Positions 10,591 to 19,240 of a stretch of DNA of 64,000 nucleotides are shown one piece after another. Position numbers and translations under genes: made by a program. Numbering within the stretch: position 1 is the first letter of the stretch; each line of letters opens with the position of its first letter. The notes beneath the pieces were generated by a model that had not been told where the DNA came from, did no database searches, and saw only the letters and a list, made by a program, of their open reading frames with translations. The stretch spans positions 7,814 through 71,813 of IMG/VR virus record IMGVR_UViG_3300046534_001281; one strand, 5' to 3'. This DNA is from a virus.

Positions 10591-10836
10591 GCGGTGTTCG
10601 CAAGTAGCGAGCCTCAACTGTCTCACATTTTGTTCTCTGGATCTAGAGTAACAATTGGGGAGATCTCTCACGGAACTTTGTGGAGCTAATGAAAAAGCAG
10701 ATGCAAAAGGAAATGAGATGGGTTAGGAGTTAATGATTAGAGAATCTGGATGTTAAAATTTCAACACACCAGATTGGAATGATTGTCAGTAAATAACCAC
10801 CTTGGTCGGATGAACTAAAAACATCCCATCGCGCCA
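10591..10836 (+). ncRNA. putative structured ncRNA with tRNA-like paired termini and 3' CCA
   Basis: 5' GCGGTG pairs with 3' CATCGC-G-CCA; adjacent GGATG/CATCC stem; several internal hairpins; no ORF; own promoter. Confidence 0.5.
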
Positions 10837-10848
10837 ATTTCAAATAAC

Positions 10849-11184
10849 ATGAATGAATTTCAAAAGCGGTATACCGTCCTTAGAAAAAACCTTGAAACAG
10901 GTATAGTCGAAGGACATCTAGGAAAGCCGTATTATACATGGTCTCAACATCATTTGTATTTCCATACAAAAAAGTCAATTAACTACTCATCCAAAAACAT
11001 GGGGCAGTTCCTACGGTCTGACATTTATTGGTATGAGCAAAAAGAAAAAGCCGAACAAGGAAAATTGACACACAAATATTTCGCTGTTCGATTGAACTCT
11101 AAAAATTGTCCGATCAAAACGACCGCAAATATTGGTCAAAATAGAGATCCATATAATAAGATGCTCCGATTTGAACTAAAATGA
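10849..11184 (+). CDS. hypothetical protein
   Basis: ORF 111 aa. Confidence 0.55.
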   Translation: MNEFQKRYTVLRKNLETGIVEGHLGKPYYTWSQHHLYFHTKKSINYSSKNMGQFLRSDIYWYEQKEKAEQGKLTHKYFAVRLNSKNCPIKTTANIGQNRDPYNKMLRFELK

Positions 11185-11273
11185 AAAATTTCATCAAAGA
11201 AGTCATCCTAGCTGGATGTGGGGTATCTAGTCACCTATGTTGATAAACAATTCTGTTTCAGAAAAACTATAAT

Positions 11274-12245
11274 ATGAAAAACATAATTCCTGAAGGAAAG
11301 AAAGTCCGAGTTGTTGCACTCGGTTGTGGTTCTAAAATCCCAGAACTGCTTATGGGTGAAGGTTCCAGTGCATGGCTTCATTCTATTGAAATCTTGTATG
11401 ATTATGATTCGATTGCAGATTTTATACCCAATTTTAATTCCAAAGCAGAATTGGACGGGTTTGTTGATGAAACAGGTTTCAAAATTGTTAGTTCCGAATT
11501 TGCGTCTTATACTATGGAGGCTAAAAACTTCGATAAGGACGAAGATGTCATAACTTTTGTATTCACTGCTGCTCTAGGTTATAAAGGACAAAGAGATGGG
11601 CGGGTTAATCAGTTTTGCGTCAGCACCAGCGAAGGCATTGAAGAGGAAGTTATTTTGGATTCGAGTTTGTCAAGAGATAAACAAGAACAAGAAGTGGCCA
11701 ACTATATATTGAACTACTTCCTGATAGAGAAAACTAAAGTCATTTTTGCTGGCAGTTTCAATCCTTGGCACGAGGGTCACCAGACTATTCTAGATTCCCT
11801 CGGTAGTGACTCTAAGGCTTCCAATAGTCCCGTTGTAATTGATATCTCGGGAGAACACCCAGAAAAGGGTGTAATCGACCAGAAAGAGATTCAGGAAAGA
11901 ATTAATATTATCGAATCGGTTGAAACTGATACCGAATTTATGATTGTCCAAAGTGATGCTCCAAAATTTATTGACAAGTATCATTTCCACCAACCGCCAG
12001 AGGAATTTGGGTTTAAAGTGTTGATCGTATTTGTAATTGGATATGATGTCTGGGAAAAATACAGAAAGTCTTTCGAGAAAGAATTTGAAGGAATTGATGG
12101 CGCAAGCTTCTTGGTCTTCAATCGTTACACCAACTCCAGAAAGATCGCACCTTCCCCTATCCTCCACCCTGCCAGCTTTAAGAAGCAATTCTCTGAAGAG
12201 TTGTTGAACATTAGCTCAACTCAAATCCGAGATAAAAATGAATAG
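11274..12245 (+). CDS. NMN adenylyltransferase (HxGH nucleotidyltransferase) with N-terminal CinA-like region
   Basis: FAGSFNPWHEGH, FVIGYD, ISSTQIR; N-term LGCGS..GSSAWL. Confidence 0.75.
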   Translation: MKNIIPEGKKVRVVALGCGSKIPELLMGEGSSAWLHSIEILYDYDSIADFIPNFNSKAELDGFVDETGFKIVSSEFASYTMEAKNFDKDEDVITFVFTAALGYKGQRDGRVNQFCVSTSEGIEEEVILDSSLSRDKQEQEVANYILNYFLIEKTKVIFAGSFNPWHEGHQTILDSLGSDSKASNSPVVIDISGEHPEKGVIDQKEIQERINIIESVETDTEFMIVQSDAPKFIDKYHFHQPPEEFGFKVLIVFVIGYDVWEKYRKSFEKEFEGIDGASFLVFNRYTNSRKIAPSPILHPASFKKQFSEELLNISSTQIRDKNE

Positions 12246-12537
12246 TAACAAAGAATGGAAACCTGATTACACTATCACACCTAGAAGAATTGTATGCGCG
12301 GCGATGTCCAAAGAGGGACGTATCGTAACAGGAGCAAGACACTTTGATAAGGTTATGCGGAATCAAATGGAGGCTTCGGAAGGAGTCAAGTGGTGGAAAG
12401 ATTGCGAACAAGGCTTTATCGACCAGTTTGGTGACTTTTTAAATCGAGATGAAGCTTGGATTGTTGCCGAAGAACAGGAACAAATTAGGCGAGATGTAGG
12501 CACTACCGGACATCTCTATAGCGAAAACTTATATTAG
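12238..12537 (+). CDS. conserved phage hypothetical protein
   Basis: RIVCAA..GARH..QGFIDQ..LYSENLY. Confidence 0.65.
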   Translation: MNSNKEWKPDYTITPRRIVCAAMSKEGRIVTGARHFDKVMRNQMEASEGVKWWKDCEQGFIDQFGDFLNRDEAWIVAEEQEQIRRDVGTTGHLYSENLY

Positions 12538-12564
12538 AAAGATTAACAAAAGACGAAAAAATAT

Positions 12565-13092
12565 ATGACAAAACCAAAATTTAATAATACAGAAAACCCT
12601 TGCTTCACCTCCAAAGAAACTGGGAAAAAATTCTGGCACTCCCGCTCAATGGCGGTTTGTATCAGATTCCGAATCAAAACCAAAGAAGGTGTGTTCAAGC
12701 ACCTTGTTACTAAAAGAGGAGACGGCGTTAGCAATACCGGTAAGTTCTGTTTCCCGTGTGGTTATTTGGATTTCTCGGAAACTCTATTACAAGCCGCCCA
12801 ACGAGAACTCTTTGAAGAGGCTGGAATTTTTATTGACGACCCTTCAAATTTGAAGCTATATGAAGTTATGGATACACCTAAAAGAGATGAACTACAAAAC
12901 GTAACATTTCATTACGATGTTCTTGTTTCGGATAAAGGTGGTGTATTGTTGGATACGTATAGCCAATTTGTGGAACAACATATTAAAGCACATCAAAGCG
13001 AAGGAGAAGTCACCAAAGCTATGTTTGTCGAAAGTCCTGATGGCTTGGATATGGCATTTAACCACCAAGACAGATTCAAAACTACCCAATAA
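12565..13092 (+). CDS. Nudix hydrolase (ADP-ribose pyrophosphatase-like)
   Basis: Nudix box PCGYLDFSETLLQAAQRELFEEAGI; C-term AFNH. Confidence 0.88.
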   Translation: MTKPKFNNTENPCFTSKETGKKFWHSRSMAVCIRFRIKTKEGVFKHLVTKRGDGVSNTGKFCFPCGYLDFSETLLQAAQRELFEEAGIFIDDPSNLKLYEVMDTPKRDELQNVTFHYDVLVSDKGGVLLDTYSQFVEQHIKAHQSEGEVTKAMFVESPDGLDMAFNHQDRFKTTQ

Positions 13093-13093
13093 A

Positions 13094-13297
13094 ATGTTTA
13101 TTTATATAAAAACCATATTCTTCTTTATATTGTTCCTCATAGCTCTCCCTTGGATCACTACGCGGGACATTATAACAGGGGATATAAAAATAAACTTGGA
13201 AAATAACAACACAGGAGCAAATAGTCTATATCTGACTTGTGTTTTTAGTTTAGTTATTCAGATTATTGTTATTGGTTTCTTAATTCGGTTATACTAG
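13094..13297 (+). CDS. small two-TM membrane protein
   Basis: Two hydrophobic stretches; start follows the Nudix stop. Confidence 0.45.
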   Translation: MFIYIKTIFFFILFLIALPWITTRDIITGDIKINLENNNTGANSLYLTCVFSLVIQIIVIGFLIRLY

Positions 13298-15357
13298 ATT
13301 TCTTCTTCCTCTCCCTCGGGTGTTGGAGGAGCGGGTTCAGGCTCCAATCCTTCAGGCGGAACATCTTCAACAGGCTCTTCACCGAGATCATCTAAAGCAC
13401 CACCCGCATCTCCGAATTCGCCGACATCACCACCCCCACCGACACCCGAAGGTAAAGCAGAGCCACCACCCCCGACAGAACCCCCATCAGCAGGGATACC
13501 CGCTTCTGCTTGAGCATCTGCTCTGAAGTTTGGACCACCTTCTTCGATATTGGTAAGTTCCCATAATTGAGCCGCTTCAATCTTTTTCCACTCATGGTTG
13601 GCTCTGATTTCGTTATCAGTCCAGCCAAGTTCTCTTTTGGCTAAGAACCAGAATGAGAATTGGGGATTTGAAATCAAAGCATTGAAGTTTTCTTGTTTAA
13701 TACTTCTGAGTTGTTGCTCACGAAGTGCAAGAAAATTCGTAGGTAGGCTGAAACGAACTTTGATATCATTTTCTTTTAACTCAAATTGGCTCCAATAACT
13801 CATACCAAGAATCTTTTGGATATCGTCATCCGACTCTCCCGATTCTCTCAACTTCGGGGCATAAACTTGGTAGTGATAATTGCTCTCCACAAGTTTAATA
13901 TGCTCTTCAAATAATTTGGCGGGATCTTCCAAATTAGGTTGACTCAATACCTCTCCTTTTTGGTTTGCCTCCATTATTAGGCTGTTTTGACAAGACTCGT
14001 TGTGTAGCTTTAAACCCTTAAGTTTTAAATGGGTTATCAAACTTTTTTTAATAGCATATGCAAACTTTTTCTGGACAGACTCAATTCTTTCGGCAAACGC
14101 CAATTCCTGCATCGTAATAGTTGTCCCGTCACTTTGTGCTGCATCGGGATTTAGTCTGGTAATAGGGACATGCATCGATGAATAAACTTTTTGGTGGAAG
14201 TGATCTAACATACCGTTAAACCCCGAACCGAAAGCAGTAGAACCCGCTAAACGAGTAACAGAAGCTGCATTCCCATCCGATTTAGTGGGTATGTAAATAT
14301 CCTCGGTAATACCCATTGGGTTGGTTTTCTCTGTAATAACACCAGTTGCATCAACACCCTTATTTTTTTTGTGGGCGTTCATAATATTCTGCATGTAACG
14401 CTCTTCCGAGGGTCCGTCCATGTCTCCTGTAGGGATATTCCATAGAAGCCTCTCAGGGGCATTTACGAGAGCATTAATAACGATTGCATCTTCGATCAAG
14501 GAAAGTTTTCTTTGTGCTTTCTGGCCTTTAAGGATATAAGGTATAACAAATTGACCATCTACATCCCATTCACCAGAGTTACAATAGGTAACCTGACTAC
14601 GTGCCATAGGGATACTATCAAAAGAAGTAGTGGCTTGTTGCTTTCTCCTTTGATTACCTACCATATCATTGGCCGCATGTAAATCCGCATTGTTAGGCTT
14701 CCTTAACCAGAAAGCCTCGATTTCTTGGTTGTAGAAGTTTCTAAAAATTGGATCGACATTTTCTTGCGGAATTGCTTTGAAATCTAAAATACCCAACTCA
14801 GGTTTCTGGATAGAAAAAACGTTTTCAAAAGCCAATTCACCAGTGGTCACAAATTCAGTAAAATACTGCTGACCTTTCATATCAAGTTCGAAGAAGTCAA
14901 CAATCTTTTGTAATTCTTTATTAATAATGTCCACAACCTTATCGTCGTAATCACCCTCAAGCTCAACAACGATAGGTTTTTCTTCATGGGAAGATGCCAA
15001 ACAAGAAATCGCAATTTCATGAACACAGCCTTCAATTTCTTGTTCTTTACCGAGTTCTCTATAATCGGTAATTCTTTGTTGTTTTTGATTATTGAGGTTG
15101 AAACTCATCATCTGGCGAAATGACTTATCAGTCCAAATTGCCATAGTTGTTTTGTTACCGTCCTTACCTTTTAAGAATTCGGGGGTAACGGTGGAAACTG
15201 CCAGCTTATCAGTCTTGCGCGATCTACTGTCACCAACTGCATCAATTATAGAAGCCTTTCTAATTGCCTTATCTAATTCGGCAGTTTTGGAAGGATCATT
15301 CGACTCGTTGTGTTCTGTTTTTTCACCACCGGAGTGTAAATTAAAGAAGTTGGGCAT
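13294..15357 (-). CDS. gp20: portal vertex protein
   Basis: YREL..EIEGCVHEI, KLSLIEDAIVI..APER, MGITEDIYIP, VPITRL, ELAFA; late promoter 15363-15368. Confidence 0.9.
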   Translation of the reverse strand: MPNFFNLHSGGEKTEHNESNDPSKTAELDKAIRKASIIDAVGDSRSRKTDKLAVSTVTPEFLKGKDGNKTTMAIWTDKSFRQMMSFNLNNQKQQRITDYRELGKEQEIEGCVHEIAISCLASSHEEKPIVVELEGDYDDKVVDIINKELQKIVDFFELDMKGQQYFTEFVTTGELAFENVFSIQKPELGILDFKAIPQENVDPIFRNFYNQEIEAFWLRKPNNADLHAANDMVGNQRRKQQATTSFDSIPMARSQVTYCNSGEWDVDGQFVIPYILKGQKAQRKLSLIEDAIVINALVNAPERLLWNIPTGDMDGPSEERYMQNIMNAHKKNKGVDATGVITEKTNPMGITEDIYIPTKSDGNAASVTRLAGSTAFGSGFNGMLDHFHQKVYSSMHVPITRLNPDAAQSDGTTITMQELAFAERIESVQKKFAYAIKKSLITHLKLKGLKLHNESCQNSLIMEANQKGEVLSQPNLEDPAKLFEEHIKLVESNYHYQVYAPKLRESGESDDDIQKILGMSYWSQFELKENDIKVRFSLPTNFLALREQQLRSIKQENFNALISNPQFSFWFLAKRELGWTDNEIRANHEWKKIEAAQLWELTNIEEGGPNFRADAQAEAGIPADGGSVGGGGSALPSGVGGGGDVGEFGDAGGALDDLGEEPVEDVPPEGLEPEPAPPTPEGEEEEI

Positions 15358-15412
15358 ATTGGTAATTATAAGGTTTTTGTGGTTTTTCTACTAATATTGC
15401 ATAATTAACTAT

Positions 15413-16087
15413 ATGGCTGATGCTTATAGATTGCTAATTGACACTCATTCTAATTCTTTTGTTGAACCTATTATGGAACAGGCGAATAAAGATGAACCTA
15501 AAAAAATGTATCTAGAGGGGGTTTTTGCGGAAAGTGGTGTGAAAAATAAAAATGGACGTATTTACGATATCGAAGAGATGCGTAAAGATGTTGAAAGATT
15601 TAATGTAGAGAAAGTTAAACAAGGTCGTTCGTGTAATGAAATGGAACATCCCAGCAATCCGTCGATTAATTATGAAAGAGTTTGTGACAGGACGGTTGAG
15701 CTTAGAATGGAAAGCGACGGAACAGTATACGGTAAAGCTTTAATTTTAGATACGCCTATGGGTCGTTTAGAGAGAAGTTTGGTTGACGGCGGGGTTCGTG
15801 TGGGTAAATCATCTAGAGCATTAGGCCAATTGACGGAGAAAGCTGACGGCAATCACGTAACAGGTATGCATATTGTTTGCCATGATTCTGTAGAAGATCC
15901 TAGCTGCATTAAAGCATTAGTAGATCCTCTAATGGAGAATAGAGAATGGATCATCGGTAGTGACGGAAATTATATGCCAATGGCTTTTGATAAATTGACT
16001 CAAGAACTTTCCACACTACCTAAACACAACAGGGAAGAATATTTCCTAGAATGTTTCCAAAATTTGATGAAGACCATCAAAGGTTAA
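15413..16087 (+). CDS. gp21: prohead core protease
   Basis: YLEGVF..KNKNGRIY, EMEHP, GKA.ILDTPMG, G.SSRALG, D.VEDPS. Confidence 0.93.
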   Translation: MADAYRLLIDTHSNSFVEPIMEQANKDEPKKMYLEGVFAESGVKNKNGRIYDIEEMRKDVERFNVEKVKQGRSCNEMEHPSNPSINYERVCDRTVELRMESDGTVYGKALILDTPMGRLERSLVDGGVRVGKSSRALGQLTEKADGNHVTGMHIVCHDSVEDPSCIKALVDPLMENREWIIGSDGNYMPMAFDKLTQELSTLPKHNREEYFLECFQNLMKTIKG

Positions 16088-16112
16088 AATGGCGCGATAA
16101 CCAATTTTTTAT

Positions 16113-16151
16113 AAAATCCCGCCATAATCGCGCCATTATGACGGGATTTTT
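16113..16151. terminator. bidirectional intrinsic terminator
   Basis: AAAATCCCGCCATAAT...ATTATGACGGGATTTTT between convergent gp21 and gp15. Confidence 0.75.
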
Positions 16152-16158
16152 GGCGCGA

Positions 16159-17238
16159 TTAAAAGACCTTCAAGAATGGTTGGTGGCACTCACTATCAAC
16201 TTCAGTTGCAGTTGATAGTTTAGAACAACCACCGTGTCTGTTGATAACAAGGAAGTCGATATCATTTCCTTCGAACTCTTCCGGTATTTGAACTGCAATG
16301 GTGTTGGTGTTTAATACATCAAACGTTTCAAACATATACCCATCAAACGCAGGACAGTCTTCTGCGAATTTCTCCGAGGCAAAGAACGGGTCATAATTTT
16401 GAGTTACCAGACCATTACCATTCACCTGTAAAGCAAAGATTGCAGTGATATCACTCAGGTTATTACCATATAAAGTTACGTATTTTCCGGCCTTTATACA
16501 GTCGGGAACGATTTCTTGAATTTCTGGTTTAGCGGTAAGTGTGAACGTATCATCTACTTGTTCTGCCACGAAGACGCCACCCTGTTCGCTAATTGTGTTG
16601 ATATTAAATTCAATACAATTCAAAGGACTTACTTCGTTTTGTTCATCGCGAAAAACCCAACCTTCTAATGTTAGATTCATGGTTCCGATATTTCTAGCTT
16701 TCTGAGTAGAAGGTAGATCGGTCGGGAAATCGATATTAACATTACCATCCCACAAAACTTTACTAACAATCTTGTCATTCTCGAAGGGGTGTTTCCAAGA
16801 AACCATAATATCAGGATTGAATGCTGTTGTGTAGTGCGAGATTATTTGATCGAAGTCTGATTTCTTCGTGGTGACAATTTTAACAGTATAAGAAATTTTA
16901 ACAGGTGTTGGGTATTTATATGTTTTATAATTATCTGTCCCGTCCCAACCACCAACAGTTCTTTCTCTATTCTTAGCCGAGTTTTTGTCGAGATCTAAAT
17001 TGAAACCATTCATAAAAACAGAAACAATAGGCAGTTTAACATGGCCTTTAATGTTAATAGTTTCTTCTAGCTGTCTGGTTTTACCTCCAAACTTGATAGG
17101 AACCTTAATTTTCTTTATAATATCGCCCCGACTTCCGTTGGTATTGTAGTCATAGCGATTAATGACAACCCCGTTGAGAGCCGCCATCAAATGTAAAGTT
17201 AGATTAGTGATTTCATCATTAGATGCTTGATGTTCCAT
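16159..17238 (-). CDS. gp15: tail sheath stabilizer/terminator with C-terminal Ig-like extension
   Basis: IKVPIKFG, LPIVS, PTPVKISYTVKI..DFDQIISH..FNP, LTLEGWVF; start re-assigned to ATG 17238. Confidence 0.8.
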   Translation of the reverse strand: MEHQASNDEITNLTLHLMAALNGVVINRYDYNTNGSRGDIIKKIKVPIKFGGKTRQLEETINIKGHVKLPIVSVFMNGFNLDLDKNSAKNRERTVGGWDGTDNYKTYKYPTPVKISYTVKIVTTKKSDFDQIISHYTTAFNPDIMVSWKHPFENDKIVSKVLWDGNVNIDFPTDLPSTQKARNIGTMNLTLEGWVFRDEQNEVSPLNCIEFNINTISEQGGVFVAEQVDDTFTLTAKPEIQEIVPDCIKAGKYVTLYGNNLSDITAIFALQVNGNGLVTQNYDPFFASEKFAEDCPAFDGYMFETFDVLNTNTIAVQIPEEFEGNDIDFLVINRHGGCSKLSTATEVDSECHQPFLKVF

Positions 17239-17243
17239 AACAC

Positions 17244-17249
17244 TAATTA
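17244..17249. promoter_or_regulatory. palindromic late promoter TAATTA shared by divergent gp15 and gp14
   Basis: Exactly 5 nt to a start codon on each strand. Confidence 0.7.
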
Positions 17250-17254
17250 TATTT

Positions 17255-18022
17255 GTGTCAGCATTTAATCCATCAAGAGACAATATCATTACATTCGATC
17301 CGAACGTATTTGATAATAACCAACATATTGCTACGAGCGGTTTGGTTGGTTGTGATGCTAACAACCGAACTCAAGAACTATTTAGAGACTTGGCTAAAGA
17401 AGCCACAAATCTACACGGTCTTTCAGTTATTTATCATAGACAAGATTTTGACCCGAAAAAGGCCCATCCGATTTATGGAGAATCCAATGCTAAATTTTTA
17501 AAGGGCGAGGAAATGCGTGCTTTGGTTGACATCACGGTTGACTCAACAATGTTATCAGCAATTGGTATTGAGGCTTCTAACGAATTAACATTAGAAATTT
17601 CGTTTGAATCATTTGCAAACGCTTTTGGTGTAGGTATTTCACCACAAGCGGGAGACAAATTTGAAATTAAAGATCTTCTTTGTAATAGGCCATCAGGGTT
17701 TACCAAAATCATTTTTCAGGTTGAATCACAGGGTGATTCTGATTTGTTTGAGGTATATAAGCGTTGGCAGATTTTCGGAACCAGAAGTGATTTCTCATAT
17801 ATTGAAGGCGAACCTCAAGAAATTAGCTCAAATGATGTTATCGACTCCTCTTATGCTGGTCCGGTTGATCTTGTTACACACGAACCACTCGTAGATGATC
17901 CACAAGGGCAGTTTAACGCCCAAGAGCGGGATCTTGAGGAGTTAGCTAAGGATCAGTATAAAGAGGAAGACAGCGATGCTTATGGCGGCTATTATGATGA
18001 CGGAATTTATTTTGAAGAGTAA
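17255..18022 (+). CDS. gp14: neck protein
   Basis: EATNLHGLSVIY, IYGE..AKF, GIEASNELTL.IS..SF, PQAGD. Confidence 0.75.
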   Translation: MSAFNPSRDNIITFDPNVFDNNQHIATSGLVGCDANNRTQELFRDLAKEATNLHGLSVIYHRQDFDPKKAHPIYGESNAKFLKGEEMRALVDITVDSTMLSAIGIEASNELTLEISFESFANAFGVGISPQAGDKFEIKDLLCNRPSGFTKIIFQVESQGDSDLFEVYKRWQIFGTRSDFSYIEGEPQEISSNDVIDSSYAGPVDLVTHEPLVDDPQGQFNAQERDLEELAKDQYKEEDSDAYGGYYDDGIYFEE

Positions 18023-18024
18023 AT

Positions 18025-18453
18025 TCATAAATGCTTCGTGTTAATAATTTTAAATAGTTCTTCTTTTAATTCACCATCGATAGGATCATTCTCGATATCC
18101 ATAACACTCTTAGGTATTTCAAAAAACCTCTTATGGATATACTTCTTGTGGTTACTCAAGGCTGAGATGAAAATATTAACCACTGTATCCCACGGTATAT
18201 CTTCGTCATAGAAGTGGTGCCATTTAGTATCATTAACAATGATACTATCTTTGAACTGCCCTATAATATGTTCTGCCGTTATCCTAGCAAAAGCATTTAG
18301 TTGTCGTTTGGCGACATTAAGGACATCGTTTTCGATAAAATTATTATCAACCAAGAACTTTCTTAAAGATCTAGAAAAGATCTTATAGACCTTACTTGAA
18401 CCGACTAGAACAATCATTGATGTGATTGTCACACACAGTTGACCTAGAGTCAA
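18025..18453 (-). CDS. hypothetical protein
   Basis: ORF coupled to the upstream gene. Confidence 0.5.
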   Translation of the reverse strand: MTLGQLCVTITSMIVLVGSSKVYKIFSRSLRKFLVDNNFIENDVLNVAKRQLNAFARITAEHIIGQFKDSIIVNDTKWHHFYDEDIPWDTVVNIFISALSNHKKYIHKRFFEIPKSVMDIENDPIDGELKEELFKIINTKHL

Positions 18454-18938
18454 CCAATAAAACCTGCGGCTAGCTCTTTTATTCTGTCAGGCAGAGTAAA
18501 ATCAATCGAACCCTCTTCGAATTTCTTCTGAAGAGCCTTAGGTGGTTTGTTCTGTCTGAACCCAGCAAATCCATTTAAGAAATCATCACGGAATACAGAA
18601 TGAGAATTCATAATATATAAATTCTCGAAATAGTTCAATTCCCATTGACTCTCAACAATTCTCAATATTTCTCTCTCAACGGGAATACCCAATTCCAACC
18701 ACTTATTAAGTGATTCAGACGAAGAGGTATAATCCCTCCATTTACTATCAACGTAACAGATACGTTTTCTTTTGAAACCTTTGAGTGGTGCTCTCTTAAT
18801 TCTCTTTCGAAACTTCTTAATCCCGATGTAGTAGTTGAGTTTTTCTGTATCGGGATTTTTGATAGTCATCAAATACACAAACCCATGATCGTTTTCACTA
18901 GGTTCAAAATCTTCAGGTATACCTGTCCATGCGTTCAT
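18450..18938 (-). CDS. GIY-YIG family nuclease-like protein
   Basis: GFVYLMT..YYIGIK, WRDYTSSS, REIL, E..N. Confidence 0.75.
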   Translation of the reverse strand: MNAWTGIPEDFEPSENDHGFVYLMTIKNPDTEKLNYYIGIKKFRKRIKRAPLKGFKRKRICYVDSKWRDYTSSSESLNKWLELGIPVEREILRIVESQWELNYFENLYIMNSHSVFRDDFLNGFAGFRQNKPPKALQKKFEEGSIDFTLPDRIKELAAGFIG

Positions 18939-18946
18939 AGATGTAG

Positions 18947-19189
18947 TTAAGATTTCTTTTTCTTTTTACAACCACATGGCTTCTTACATTTACATTTCAC
19001 CTTTTTAGCTCCTGCGGGGATTCTAGCATCACCAGTAGCATAGAAATCATTATTAGTAGGGTCTACCGAATTACCGAACTCACCATTAACGGGTTGTTGC
19101 TCAACTCCGGTGACTTCGGCAGTGAAAACTCCAGAAGATGTCATCTCTTCCAAATTGGCAATAAGTTGCTCGAATTTAGTATTTTCCAT
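18947..19189 (-). CDS. 80-aa late protein mimicking the major capsid N-arm
   Basis: 21/27 aa identical to gp23 residues 98-124; TAATTA-N5-ATG; Lys/Cys tail. Confidence 0.75.
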   Translation of the reverse strand: MENTKFEQLIANLEEMTSSGVFTAEVTGVEQQPVNGEFGNSVDPTNNDFYATGDARIPAGAKKVKCKCKKPCGCKKKKKS

Positions 19190-19240
19190 AAAGTTAATTA
19201 GTAAATTAAAAAGTTAGGTGCGTAGAACATAATTAATAGC

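Noticed and set aside
17239-17364. Extended gp15 N-terminus from the ORF track
   Set aside because: Overlaps gp14 antisense; the promoter rule places the start at 17238
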